Source: Patescibacteria group bacterium | Lineage (GTDB): Bacteria; Patescibacteriota; Patescibacteriia; UBA9570; JAHJKD01 | Length of the DNA: 64,000 nucleotides | Direction of reading: 5' to 3' | NCBI GenBank assembly: GCA_041660885.1 | Contig: JBAZVM010000002.1 | Span: forward strand, 81,538 to 145,537 | Shown: positions 48,642-58,245 of the stretch, piece by piece | How positions within the stretch are numbered: position 1 is the first letter of the stretch | How the letters are laid out: each line of letters begins with the position of its first letter | Position numbers and translations under genes: made by a program | Notes under the pieces: model-generated | Told to the model about the DNA's origin: nothing | Databases searched by the model: none | Seen by the model: the letters and a program-made list of their open reading frames with translations, nothing else

Positions 48642-51443
48642 TTATTTGGTAAATTCAATGCTGCCGATAACTTTATTATAAAATTTTTGCAATTGCTGGG
48701 GCGCGTCAGAAGGCATCATACCATTTGGGTGGGAAAGTATGAACAATAAATCATTTTTTTCTCCCATCACAGTTTCGCCGGCGCCGATCAGCGCATCTTC
48801 CTGAAATTTATTCCATTGCTTTTGCGTGGCTACGGTTACGGTGAATAATTCCACCTGATTATTTTTACAGCTGGTGCTGGCGTATCCGGTTTCTGTGGTT
48901 TTAAAACAATAAACATACTGCGCTTTGCCCCAATACGGTTCATCTAGAGTATTTATTTTGGTATTTACGGCATACTCGCCAAGATTCAAAGAAAATCCGT
49001 AATCCTCATTTAATATTTTATTATCGCTTACGGTCTCTTGGCTAGTATTAGAATTATTATTTGTATTTACTGCGACAGGAATATTGGTATTAATATTAGC
49101 ATTAGCGATTACGGTATCTTCCACAATAACCGTTGGCAAATTATTCAGGGAATCTTTAATTCGGCCGTAGACATTATAAAAATACAAGAAAAAAGCGCTC
49201 AATAAAATCAAGCTCAATAAAATTCCCAATATCAATAAAATTATTTTCTTTCTAAATAAAATTATAGGGAGAACAAAAATTATTACTGCTAAAGCTAAAA
49301 GTGAAATAGAAATCCAATCAAAACCGTTATTTACTTTTTTAGCAGGATAAGCGCCTACCACCATGTTCATTATACCGTTTAATCCTTCTTCATTGGCACC
49401 GACGGTTTTTAAAACCGGTTTTACTTCTTGGCCATCCACTATCAAGCCGGCTGTTTTATCGGATAGAGAAACTGTCGTTGTTAAAACGCTGCCATCTTTA
49501 ATTGGCACATTTTTATATTCGTATATTTCAAATTGGCTGCCGGTTTCCTGCGGGTAAGAAGTATAAATGTTCGCTTGCCCCATGGCCGTGCCCGCCATGA
49601 TTACTTCATAATTGCCATCTTTGGGCAAAATAAAGTAAGAGACAAAATCATTCGCGTCGCGATAGCGCACTTCTTGTAAAAAGCCGTCGGCCGTGGCAAT
49701 GGTATTGCCGTCTTTATCCAGTCCTATTTGCTGGCCCGTGTTTTTGTCGGTGACAGTAACGGCCACGGGGCAATCCACGATAATGCGCACTTTCTGAGAC
49801 ATATCCTGCCGCATCATGTTTTGAATCAAATACTTTCTTTGCACGGAAAATATTTCTTTGTTGGTGCGTTCCAGAGTGGCGGAAATTTTATTTTTTGTTT
49901 CCGTGGGCAGAGCTTTAAAGAACTTATCTTCTTCGTCGCTTAATTTAAATTCAAATTGTCCTTTTTTGGACATTTCGGAAAGAAGGTAATCCTGGCCGCA
50001 CATGGGATAATTCGGATTGCGGTCGCATCGAGCCGCGTTGGCTTGGCCTCCGCTCATTTGCTCCCATTGCTCTGTAGTGTAAATATCATGGCGATTATAA
50101 ATCCACGGATCAAACACCATTCCCGTATCCTGCCAAAGCGTGCCCGTGGGATACAGCACGGCCGCTTGGTGCCCGAAAAAATGTGATAAAGCGAAAAGTT
50201 CCACGGGGCCGAAATCAAAATAGCTCATCATCTTTCTTTCCGTGGCATCGTTGCTTAAACGCAAAGAATGAAAAACAGTCAGCACCTTTTCTTGAAAAGA
50301 TCCGCAGACATAAGGCTCGTACCGTTCCAACGCTCTTTGCCAGTAGGCCTCTTTTTCCGGATCCCAGGTGATCCACTTCATTAACGTGGCATTGCCCGTG
50401 CGCATATTGGTGACGCAATTGCCGCAATAGCTTCCTTCGGGCACGCGCGGGTTTAATTCCACCAAAGCTTCGTATTTATTAATAATGTATTGTTTTGCTT
50501 CTTCATAGCTTACGTCTCTAGAGCAATCAGATGGGCAATTTTTAATATTTTCTCCCACTTCAGATTCGCATTTCCAATTCCCGCACTGCAAGTTATACCC
50601 CGGCTTTAAATTAATCGTGGCTACGGGATTGCCGTGCGCGTGAGTCGCTTGCAAAGTCAGCTGGCCGCTTTTAAAATTCGGTGGCTGTTCAGCCGAAGCG
50701 TAAGTAAGCTTCACCTCTCCATTGGCATCGGTTGCCGCGGCCGAGGCCGTGATAGATCCTTCTTTGCTATCCTCCACTGTTGACCGGTCGTCGTTCAGAA
50801 CGAACCCGACGCTTTCATTGGCAGCGGGCGATCCGTTTTTTAAAACTAGCACTTTAAAATCCACGCTAGTTGCGCCATCGGCCACAACTTCCACCTCTTT
50901 CGGGCTGATGGTTACTTGCCAGCTATCTTCTTGCGAAATATTGGTATTTATATTTTGGCTTTCAATAGCAGAGTTTACATTGGTATTTTGCGCGGATGCG
51001 GCCAAATCATTACAGCAAGTAGAAAAATTAACATCGCATTGGTCGCGTTCGGCTTGTGGTGGTTTGCTTGCCTGACAATCGCGTACGCACTGGCAATAAG
51101 CCACGGCGCCATCCACCCAAACGGGATCGGTATACTGCGTCCAATAAGCGCGCAGATCTCCTTCCAACGGGCATTTATCCGGAGTGTCTAAAGCTTCATA
51201 ACGCACGATATCCCAGCATCCGCCGCGGCCGGTGCAAGCTATGTAATCATTATATTTAGTGTTATAAGCATCCACGCATGCGGCATCGGCGTCTCCGCAG
51301 GAATAAGAATCAGATGCCAAGTCAGTGGGAACAGCCACACCAATATCGCTGCAACTCCATTGATAAGCATAGCTTACGCCAGTAAAACAAAATAATAAAA
51401 AAATAGCCAAGAATAAATTAGCCGCAATTTTTTTTGTTTGCAT
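48642..51443 (-). CDS. Large Cys-rich surface protein: Big_1/invasin-like Ig domain, CGNxxCE motif, papain/transglutaminase-like core, internal TM hairpin
   Basis: Signal peptide; VVADG..TDANGEV; CGNWKCESEVGENIKNCPSDC; VCGSFQ..HQAAVL..VFDPW; two TMs joined by RKK. Confidence 0.7.
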   Translation of the reverse strand: MQTKKIAANLFLAIFLLFCFTGVSYAYQWSCSDIGVAVPTDLASDSYSCGDADAACVDAYNTKYNDYIACTGRGGCWDIVRYEALDTPDKCPLEGDLRAYWTQYTDPVWVDGAVAYCQCVRDCQASKPPQAERDQCDVNFSTCCNDLAASAQNTNVNSAIESQNINTNISQEDSWQVTISPKEVEVVADGATSVDFKVLVLKNGSPAANESVGFVLNDDRSTVEDSKEGSITASAAATDANGEVKLTYASAEQPPNFKSGQLTLQATHAHGNPVATINLKPGYNLQCGNWKCESEVGENIKNCPSDCSRDVSYEEAKQYIINKYEALVELNPRVPEGSYCGNCVTNMRTGNATLMKWITWDPEKEAYWQRALERYEPYVCGSFQEKVLTVFHSLRLSNDATERKMMSYFDFGPVELFALSHFFGHQAAVLYPTGTLWQDTGMVFDPWIYNRHDIYTTEQWEQMSGGQANAARCDRNPNYPMCGQDYLLSEMSKKGQFEFKLSDEEDKFFKALPTETKNKISATLERTNKEIFSVQRKYLIQNMMRQDMSQKVRIIVDCPVAVTVTDKNTGQQIGLDKDGNTIATADGFLQEVRYRDANDFVSYFILPKDGNYEVIMAGTAMGQANIYTSYPQETGSQFEIYEYKNVPIKDGSVLTTTVSLSDKTAGLIVDGQEVKPVLKTVGANEEGLNGIMNMVVGAYPAKKVNNGFDWISISLLALAVIIFVLPIILFRKKIILLILGILLSLILLSAFFLYFYNVYGRIKDSLNNLPTVIVEDTVIANANINTNIPVAVNTNNNSNTSQETVSDNKILNEDYGFSLNLGEYAVNTKINTLDEPYWGKAQYVYCFKTTETGYASTSCKNNQVELFTVTVATQKQWNKFQEDALIGAGETVMGEKNDLLFILSHPNGMMPSDAPQQLQKFYNKVIGSIEFTK

Positions 51444-51448
51444 ATTTT

Positions 51449-51925
51449 TTATACGAAAGTTTTATTAATCCAACTGCCGATATAATAGGTGGCAATTATT
51501 ACGACAACCGTAATCAATAAATGCTCGCCAATCACCATCCAAGCTTTTGCATGATCTTGCTTGGCGATATAAGCGCTGAAACCGACGATCAAAGAAAGCC
51601 CCCAAATAACGCAAATGATCACGGCCAAATTTAAAGGAAATATTAAAACCGGAACCAAAAAAGTTAAAGCAAAAATAAATTTCGCGCCAAAAGTGGCTAA
51701 AGTAGATTCCCAAATTTCTCTTACGGAATGTTTGTTTTCCGCTTCTTCTGAAACATGTACGCCCAAAGCATCAGAAAGAGCGTCAGTAATGGCGATAATC
51801 ATGATACCGCCGATAACCACGGCTTTAGAACCAGAGCTGGCATCCAAACCAATTATCAAACCAAGCGTGGTGATTATGCCTGAAGTCAGCCCGAAGCTGA
51901 AACCTTTTTTTAAAGATACTTTCAT
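51449..51925 (-). CDS. VIT1/CCC1-like membrane protein
   Basis: SFGLTSGIITTLG, AITDALSDALGVHVSEE. Confidence 0.8.
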   Translation of the reverse strand: MKVSLKKGFSFGLTSGIITTLGLIIGLDASSGSKAVVIGGIMIIAITDALSDALGVHVSEEAENKHSVREIWESTLATFGAKFIFALTFLVPVLIFPLNLAVIICVIWGLSLIVGFSAYIAKQDHAKAWMVIGEHLLITVVVIIATYYIGSWINKTFV

Positions 51926-52854
51926 ACAGTTTGTAACTTTTTCGCCTTTTTAATTTCCCAAATGGATAAAGCCAAAAAGAAACCTAAAATTAATGTGGTA
52001 TTTAACGGGGCCAACCAGTATGGATATTCTTTGCCAAAACTTTCCAAGATCATTATGCCGCCCAGCACGCCAATGGAATACATGGCTCCATTTTTCAAAT
52101 AAGCGAACTTGGCGATCAAATCAATGCCTTTTACCGTCAGTTGACGGACAACTACCGCGCCAATGCCATTACCAATCAATATTAATGGAACCGATAAAGT
52201 AAAAGCGAAAGCGCCGATCACGCCATCAATGGAAAACGAGGCGTCAAGAACTTCCAAGTATAATATTTTGCTCCAAGCGCTTAAATTTCCCTTTAGCAGC
52301 TCCTTTTCTTTTTTTTCCGCGTTTTGCTTAAAGCCGTCAGTTAAGAAAAAAGCGGCCGTGCCAATAGAAGCGGAAAGTGCCAGATAAGGATTTTCTTGCA
52401 AAGCAAAATAAATTACCGCCGTAAGCGTGATAGAGGCAATGGCATAGAACCACACTCCTTGTTTATGAATAAATTTTTCCACAAAAAAAGCATATTTCTT
52501 TTCTTCCAAGAATAACCAGCCTAGAAAAACAAAAAATAAGTATAAACCGCCGCCTAAGAGCAATAAAGGCTTTGTTTTATCTACATACTCAACTATTTTT
52601 TCATCCGAAGAAAAAGCAAAAGATGCTACTTCAATAAAAGAAAGGCTGGGAGCGGCAATCCAAACAATAATAAAAGGGAGTAGGCCGCGTACTAAAAAAA
52701 CCGCGATAATAATGCCCCAAAATAAAAAAATCTTGCGGTATTTATCCGGCAACGTTTTTAAAACCGAGGCGTTGATGACGGCGTTATCTACGCTGCTGAT
52801 TACTTCAAACAGGATTAAGCCGAAAACAACAATGATAATTGAAAATATTCCCAT
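51922..52854 (-). CDS. DUF475/TerC-like membrane protein
   Basis: FEVISSVDNAVINA, YLEVLDASFSIDGVIGAFA, YLKNGAMYSIG. Confidence 0.88.
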   Translation of the reverse strand: MGIFSIIIVVFGLILFEVISSVDNAVINASVLKTLPDKYRKIFLFWGIIIAVFLVRGLLPFIIVWIAAPSLSFIEVASFAFSSDEKIVEYVDKTKPLLLLGGGLYLFFVFLGWLFLEEKKYAFFVEKFIHKQGVWFYAIASITLTAVIYFALQENPYLALSASIGTAAFFLTDGFKQNAEKKEKELLKGNLSAWSKILYLEVLDASFSIDGVIGAFAFTLSVPLILIGNGIGAVVVRQLTVKGIDLIAKFAYLKNGAMYSIGVLGGIMILESFGKEYPYWLAPLNTTLILGFFLALSIWEIKKAKKLQTV

Positions 52855-52881
52855 AAATTGCCCCTACATTGTAGAAATTTT

Positions 52882-53988
52882 TTATTGATCGGTCAATACC
52901 GGGGTAAACTGCCAATCTTCCGTAAAATCTACGGCTGAATAACCATCGTCAACATCTTCGTAGGTATAATGAAAATAATAATCCTCTCCCAGCAATTCCG
53001 GCTGTCTGCCCCGGGTGATTATTACCTGGTCTCCGGTGGCGGCCGCGAAATAATAAGAACGATTATAATCCGGCTGGCCTATGGTGGGGTCTACTTGCGT
53101 CCAACCCGTACCAGGCAAATATACTTCAGCCCAGTTATGCAGCATGTTGGTGTAATCCGTTTCTCCCTCGGTGTATACCAAACCAGTGATAAAGCGGGCT
53201 GGTATGCCGGACGCTCGGCATAAAGCAACATAATAATCGGAATAATCCGTGCAATCCCCTAATTCCGTGTACATGGCATTAAGTGCGCCGCCGTAAGTTA
53301 TATTTTTTTCATAATTCATGTTATCCGCCACATAGTTATAATAAATTTCCGCTTTTTCGCAATCCGTGCTTGCTCCTTCGGAAAGATCTCTGGCCAGTTC
53401 CATTATTTCCAAGTCGTCGGATTCGATATAAACCTCGGGATCTAAAAAAGTATTCGGCTTTTCACCCGTGCATTGATCTATGTAATCTACATATGAAGCC
53501 AGTTTTACCTGATAAATTATTTTTATTTCATGAATTTCTTCAGGCACATACTGCCCGTCGATGGCTTTCATGTAATTGAATGTAAATTTGGCAAATTGAT
53601 TCCCGTTTTCATCGCTTACCAGCTCATAACCGGATGGAGAAATTTCTCTGCTTAAAACTTGCTGATAATTATTTATAGTCGGCGCCAATGCCACCCATAC
53701 TTCCACATTCTTCGCGTCGTTCAGTCCGTAATTGGCGAAAGTCAAGGTTTCTACCAAATCATACTTTTTCGTTTCATAATATTCTTTATCTATTTCCCAC
53801 TCTGCTTGTTCATATTCTAAGTTCGTTACCTCTTCTATTTGCTCGTTAGTGTTGCTATTCGTTGTTTCTTCTTTGGGCGCTTCGCTTAGGAATAAATACA
53901 CGCCCAAGCCGAGGAATAATAGAATTGCCAATAAATCTAGAAATAAAAAAACAAATAGAAACCAAACTAAACACCCTTTTTTATTCAT
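52882..53988 (-). CDS. Membrane-anchored transglutaminase-like protein
   Basis: N-terminal TM; GDCTDYS..LCRASGIPAR, HNWAEVYLPGTGW..VDPT (Cys-His-Asp). Confidence 0.9.
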   Translation of the reverse strand: MNKKGCLVWFLFVFLFLDLLAILLFLGLGVYLFLSEAPKEETTNSNTNEQIEEVTNLEYEQAEWEIDKEYYETKKYDLVETLTFANYGLNDAKNVEVWVALAPTINNYQQVLSREISPSGYELVSDENGNQFAKFTFNYMKAIDGQYVPEEIHEIKIIYQVKLASYVDYIDQCTGEKPNTFLDPEVYIESDDLEIMELARDLSEGASTDCEKAEIYYNYVADNMNYEKNITYGGALNAMYTELGDCTDYSDYYVALCRASGIPARFITGLVYTEGETDYTNMLHNWAEVYLPGTGWTQVDPTIGQPDYNRSYYFAAATGDQVIITRGRQPELLGEDYYFHYTYEDVDDGYSAVDFTEDWQFTPVLTDQ

Positions 53989-54055
53989 TTTCTAACTTTA
54001 TTTATAAACACTTCTAATATTATCATTACGATGATATAATATCAATCATAAAAAT

Positions 54056-54652
54056 ATGTTTTTATCGCTAGACCAAATATTCAATATCATTGTTGAATAC
54101 AGATATCTGTTATTTTTTCCGGCTGCCGTTGTTGAAGGCCCGATCGTAACAATTATCGCCGGTTTTCTCGTAGGCCAAGACATGATGAATTTCGCCATTG
54201 TGTATGTTATAGCCGTGGCCGGTGACGTGGCCGGAGATGTCCTTCATTACGCCATTGGCCGGTGGGGCAGGCAAAGCTTAATTGACAAATGGGGAAAATA
54301 TTTCGGCATAACCACGGCCAGAATAAAAAGCTTTGACAAGCATTTTAAAAACCACAGCGGTAAAACTTTACTGCTGGGAAAATTGGCGCATGGTGTAGGC
54401 GGCGTAATCTTGGCCGCGGCCGGCGCCAGCAAAGTGCCACTGAAAAAATTTATATTTTACAACACTATCGGCAGCATCCCTAAATCTCTGCTGCTCATAC
54501 TTATCGGTTTTTACTTTGGCCAAGCGTTTTACAGAATCAATAAATACTTAGACTATTTCGCTTTCAGTACTTTTGCTTTGGGAGTCTTGCTGCTTTTGGT
54601 TTATATGGGGGTTCTACGCTATGGAAAAAAAATAAAGAAAAAATTCTTTTAG
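54056..54652 (+). CDS. DedA family membrane protein
   Basis: VEGP..AGF, GDVAGD..HYAIGR, AAG..KVP..KF. Confidence 0.88.
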   Translation: MFLSLDQIFNIIVEYRYLLFFPAAVVEGPIVTIIAGFLVGQDMMNFAIVYVIAVAGDVAGDVLHYAIGRWGRQSLIDKWGKYFGITTARIKSFDKHFKNHSGKTLLLGKLAHGVGGVILAAAGASKVPLKKFIFYNTIGSIPKSLLLILIGFYFGQAFYRINKYLDYFAFSTFALGVLLLLVYMGVLRYGKKIKKKFF

Positions 54653-55452
54653 AGGCTTTCCGTAAAATTTTGTATCGCCGCCGACACTTCCGAAAAATTA
54701 TTCAAGACAACGATATGATCGGCATTATCCAGCAATACCAGCTTGGATTTTTTTATTTTCTCCGCCATTTCCATGGAGTACTGCGCGGGAAAAATGGTAT
54801 CTTTTTTTCCGTGCACTATTAAAGTCGGGACGGTTATTTCTCCCAATAATCTTTCTTTATTAAAAGAATAGGCTTGCCTGGTGCAATACAAGTAAACCGG
54901 CAAACTGGTGTTTCTGATATCGGCTATGGACCGGCGTAAATTCCAATCTCCGGTATTTTCATAAAATGAATAATCCACCTGCCCTTTTATTTCATAAGAA
55001 AAAGGAAGGTATTTCATAATGCTCGTGACAGCTAAAAACGGTTTTATCACCTGAGCAATTTTTCTTTTTTGCACGGCGTAATTCGGACTTAAAAAAACCA
55101 CTGCTTTTATTTTATTTTGGTAAGAACTTAAAAATTCCAGAACTATCAACGCTCCGAATGAGTGCCCTATTAAAATAATATTTTCTAATTTTAAATATTC
55201 GATCAGATCATTAATGTCGTTTGCGAATTTACTTAGCGTATATTCTTCATATTTATTATGCTTGATGGATTTTCCATGGCCGCGAAGATCTAAGGAAACA
55301 ACATTATATTTTTCTTTAAATTTTTTTTCATAAGGAAGGAAAGCGGAAGAGCTGCCGGATAAACCGTGCACAAACAATAAAGTCGGCCGATCTTTTTTTA
55401 TGGCGTTGGCCTTATAATAAATATTTTTTTTAGGCTGTATGTATTCTTTCAT
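54649..55452 (-). CDS. Alpha/beta hydrolase
   Basis: FVHGLSG, DLRGHGKS, GHSFG, HGKKD, ADH. Confidence 0.92.
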   Translation of the reverse strand: MKEYIQPKKNIYYKANAIKKDRPTLLFVHGLSGSSSAFLPYEKKFKEKYNVVSLDLRGHGKSIKHNKYEEYTLSKFANDINDLIEYLKLENIILIGHSFGALIVLEFLSSYQNKIKAVVFLSPNYAVQKRKIAQVIKPFLAVTSIMKYLPFSYEIKGQVDYSFYENTGDWNLRRSIADIRNTSLPVYLYCTRQAYSFNKERLLGEITVPTLIVHGKKDTIFPAQYSMEMAEKIKKSKLVLLDNADHIVVLNNFSEVSAAIQNFTESL

Positions 55453-56633
55453 TATTTTTGCAGAACCGAATAGTAAAAATTTTCCAGTTTATCAACGCTT
55501 TCGTTCAGATCATAATGCCGGCTCATTTTTAAGCTCTCTTCGCCCATTTTCTTCAAGTGTTCTTCGTTGGAAAAAATTTTTAACGCTTGTTTGGCTAAAT
55601 CCCTATGGCTTTTCGGTCTAAAAAGCAATCCATTTTTATGAACAAAATCCGCGGCCGCGCTTTTGTATGAGTTGGCTATCAGTATCGGCTTTCCGCAGGC
55701 CAAGGCTTCCAGCACCACCATACCCTCCAATTCCGCCAAAGAGGGCAGAACGAACAAGTCGCAAGCATTGTAAGCCAGCACCAGCTCTTTGCCTGTTACC
55801 CGTCCGCAAAAAGTAATATTATTGGCTATACCCAAGCCGGCCACTAATTTTTTTAATTGTTCTTCTAAATGGCCGAAGCCGACAATGAATAAATGAATGT
55901 CTTTTCTTTTTTGCAGCATTATGGGCAGAGCTTGGATAACAGTATCCACGTGCTTCTCCGGATGCAAACGACCGACAAAAAGGATATTTTTATCTTTCTT
56001 GGATAATTTAAATTTTGATAGAAATTTATCGGCGTTTATTTTCTTGAATCTGTTCGTGTCTACCCCGTTACTGATGATTATTTTCTTTTTATTTTTAAAT
56101 CGATAAGGAAATATTTTTTTGGCAAACGGAGAAGGAAAAATAACTGCGTCGGTTTTTTTATAAAGCCAAATCAAATAAGAATACCACATTTCATTAAGCA
56201 CGCCTTCGGCCAAAAATTTCGGCATATGCAAAAAAATATTTTCCGGCTGGCTATGAGAGTGGGAAATGCTTTTAATTCCCAATTCCCTGGCGGCTTTTAC
56301 CGCTATATATGCCGAAGGAAGAGGAAAAAATATGTGCACCAGATCTATTTTTTCATCCACTAAAATTTTCTTTATTTTTCTTTTACCGGGCCAAGAAATA
56401 TAAAGCTGGCCTTCCGATTTGGGGAGAAGAACGCCGCGAGAACGGTATATGGGTATGCCCTTTACCGTATTATTATGAGGATTTTTCGGGGATTTCGCCG
56501 CGATAAAAATAATATTATGGCCGCGTTCTTTTAAAAGCGTGGCAAAACGCATGGTGGAAACAATGGCTCCGGCCATTAGATCGGTTATGGGATCGCACAC
56601 CATGGCGATGTTCAATTTTCTGTGTTCGGCCAT
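55452..56633 (-). CDS. GT4 family glycosyltransferase
   Basis: ISNGVD, LFVGRL..EK, DLFVLPSLAELEGMVVLEALACG. Confidence 0.92.
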   Translation of the reverse strand: MAEHRKLNIAMVCDPITDLMAGAIVSTMRFATLLKERGHNIIFIAAKSPKNPHNNTVKGIPIYRSRGVLLPKSEGQLYISWPGKRKIKKILVDEKIDLVHIFFPLPSAYIAVKAARELGIKSISHSHSQPENIFLHMPKFLAEGVLNEMWYSYLIWLYKKTDAVIFPSPFAKKIFPYRFKNKKKIIISNGVDTNRFKKINADKFLSKFKLSKKDKNILFVGRLHPEKHVDTVIQALPIMLQKRKDIHLFIVGFGHLEEQLKKLVAGLGIANNITFCGRVTGKELVLAYNACDLFVLPSLAELEGMVVLEALACGKPILIANSYKSAAADFVHKNGLLFRPKSHRDLAKQALKIFSNEEHLKKMGEESLKMSRHYDLNESVDKLENFYYSVLQK

Positions 56634-56638
56634 GGCTT

Positions 56639-58189
56639 TTATTTTTTATATTTTGCCAATTCTTCTTTCAGCTGCATCATTTTTATTTCTCTGTTGACCA
56701 TGGTTTTATTAAGCGTTGATAACTCTTCCACTTTCTCTCGCATTTTTTCTTCGTAGTTTCTTTGTTTGGTGATATCTTTAAATGATTCAATGGCGCCGAA
56801 TATTCCCTGCGCGTTGGTGAGCGGTCTGGCTGCGGTCAGCAGGCATAAATCCTTTTTATCGTAATGCTCTTTGGTTATCTCGCTAGAAAGAACAGGGCCG
56901 TTTATTTGAATTTTTCCGTATTTCTTAAATAAAGCGCTGTCCACATCTTTCATTAAAATAAAATCTGCGAGCATGGGTTGCTTTCTTCCGAAAAAAGGCA
57001 AAGCATATTCGTAATTGCCATGACCAATAATTTTTTCCGCTTTAATGCCGGTTAGCACTTCCATAGCCTTGTTCCATATTAGTACTTTATAGCTGGAATC
57101 TAAGACATAAGTGGGGTCGGGTAAAAAATCCACCACGTCTTTGAAAAACTTTTCCGCGTCTTTTAATGATTGCATTGTCTGCCGCTGTTTCGTGATATCA
57201 TATATGATGATAACAAATCCCTTTTTATTTTTTTGCTGGTCTGTCATTTCCACAGATTCGATTCTAATCCAATGGCTTAATCTTCCGGGGTTATACAGCT
57301 CCACTTCTTTTTTTTCTTTGATGATTTTTGAAAAATTTATATCTGGATCTGCTTTCTCAATGTCAATGTTCAACTCGATCCCTTCGCCGATTAATTCTTG
57401 CGCCGCGTGGTTGAAATCAATTATTTTTTTTTCGGAATCTAATACTATTATTCCGTTTTTCAAGCTATGGTAGGCTAAATCTTTGGCTGCCGGAATAATT
57501 TCTAACAATTTCAAACGTATAATACTGAAGGCGATAATAAATGAGGTGATGGTAAAAGCTATCGGCGCGATATCATAACCGCCTAATTTTTCCGCGCCTA
57601 AAATAATAAATGCGAAATTTGCACCCCAAGGAAAGAGCAGACAACCCACCAGCGCGACAGCTTGCCACTTTTGCATTCCTGAAGAAGTAAAAAAATACTT
57701 AATCAGCAAAATTACACCTATTATTAGGCAAATATAAATATAAAAAAGATTAACATAAAAAAAACTCCCACGTTCAAAAATGTGCATGCCGCTGGCGTTG
57801 GTATAAACGCTTTTCCAAAATAAATGATGGTAATCGTTAGTAACGATGATAATATAACATATCAGAGGGATAAACCATATGCCGTAATTGATTTTTTTAA
57901 TGATGCTTTTTTTCACAGAAACATAAGACATGGAAAATAACAGCCATAACGGACCAACAAGAACTTTACCAATATAACCGATAACGGACCAAAAAATAAT
58001 ATCATAATTACTGTCCGATATGCTCTCCACGCCAGTGGAAAAAGCCCATATGGCAAGCCCAAACAACAATATGGAAAAAAATGAACCTCCCCTAATATTT
58101 TTTCTAGACCAAAAATAACCGCTAAGCAGTAACACGGCACCAGCGTTGATAAAAAACAACAGGGAAAATATTGATAGACTTAAATGCAT
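56639..58189 (-). CDS. 7TM (HisKA_7TM-like) + PAS + PAS sensor with no catalytic output domain
   Basis: Seven TMs with TNDYHHLFW; GIIVLD..IIDFN; LPDPTYVLD..WNKAME; DIT motifs; ends NKTMVNREIKMMQLKEEL. Confidence 0.8.
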   Translation of the reverse strand: MHLSLSIFSLLFFINAGAVLLLSGYFWSRKNIRGGSFFSILLFGLAIWAFSTGVESISDSNYDIIFWSVIGYIGKVLVGPLWLLFSMSYVSVKKSIIKKINYGIWFIPLICYIIIVTNDYHHLFWKSVYTNASGMHIFERGSFFYVNLFYIYICLIIGVILLIKYFFTSSGMQKWQAVALVGCLLFPWGANFAFIILGAEKLGGYDIAPIAFTITSFIIAFSIIRLKLLEIIPAAKDLAYHSLKNGIIVLDSEKKIIDFNHAAQELIGEGIELNIDIEKADPDINFSKIIKEKKEVELYNPGRLSHWIRIESVEMTDQQKNKKGFVIIIYDITKQRQTMQSLKDAEKFFKDVVDFLPDPTYVLDSSYKVLIWNKAMEVLTGIKAEKIIGHGNYEYALPFFGRKQPMLADFILMKDVDSALFKKYGKIQINGPVLSSEITKEHYDKKDLCLLTAARPLTNAQGIFGAIESFKDITKQRNYEEKMREKVEELSTLNKTMVNREIKMMQLKEELAKYKK

Positions 58190-58245
58190 AAAATCATTAT
58201 AACATTTTAATAAAAAATAAAAAATACCACTAAAGAATGGCCAGT

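Noticed and set aside
52855-52881. yybP-ykoY riboswitch before the TerC-like gene
   Set aside because: The intergenic gap is only 27 nt.
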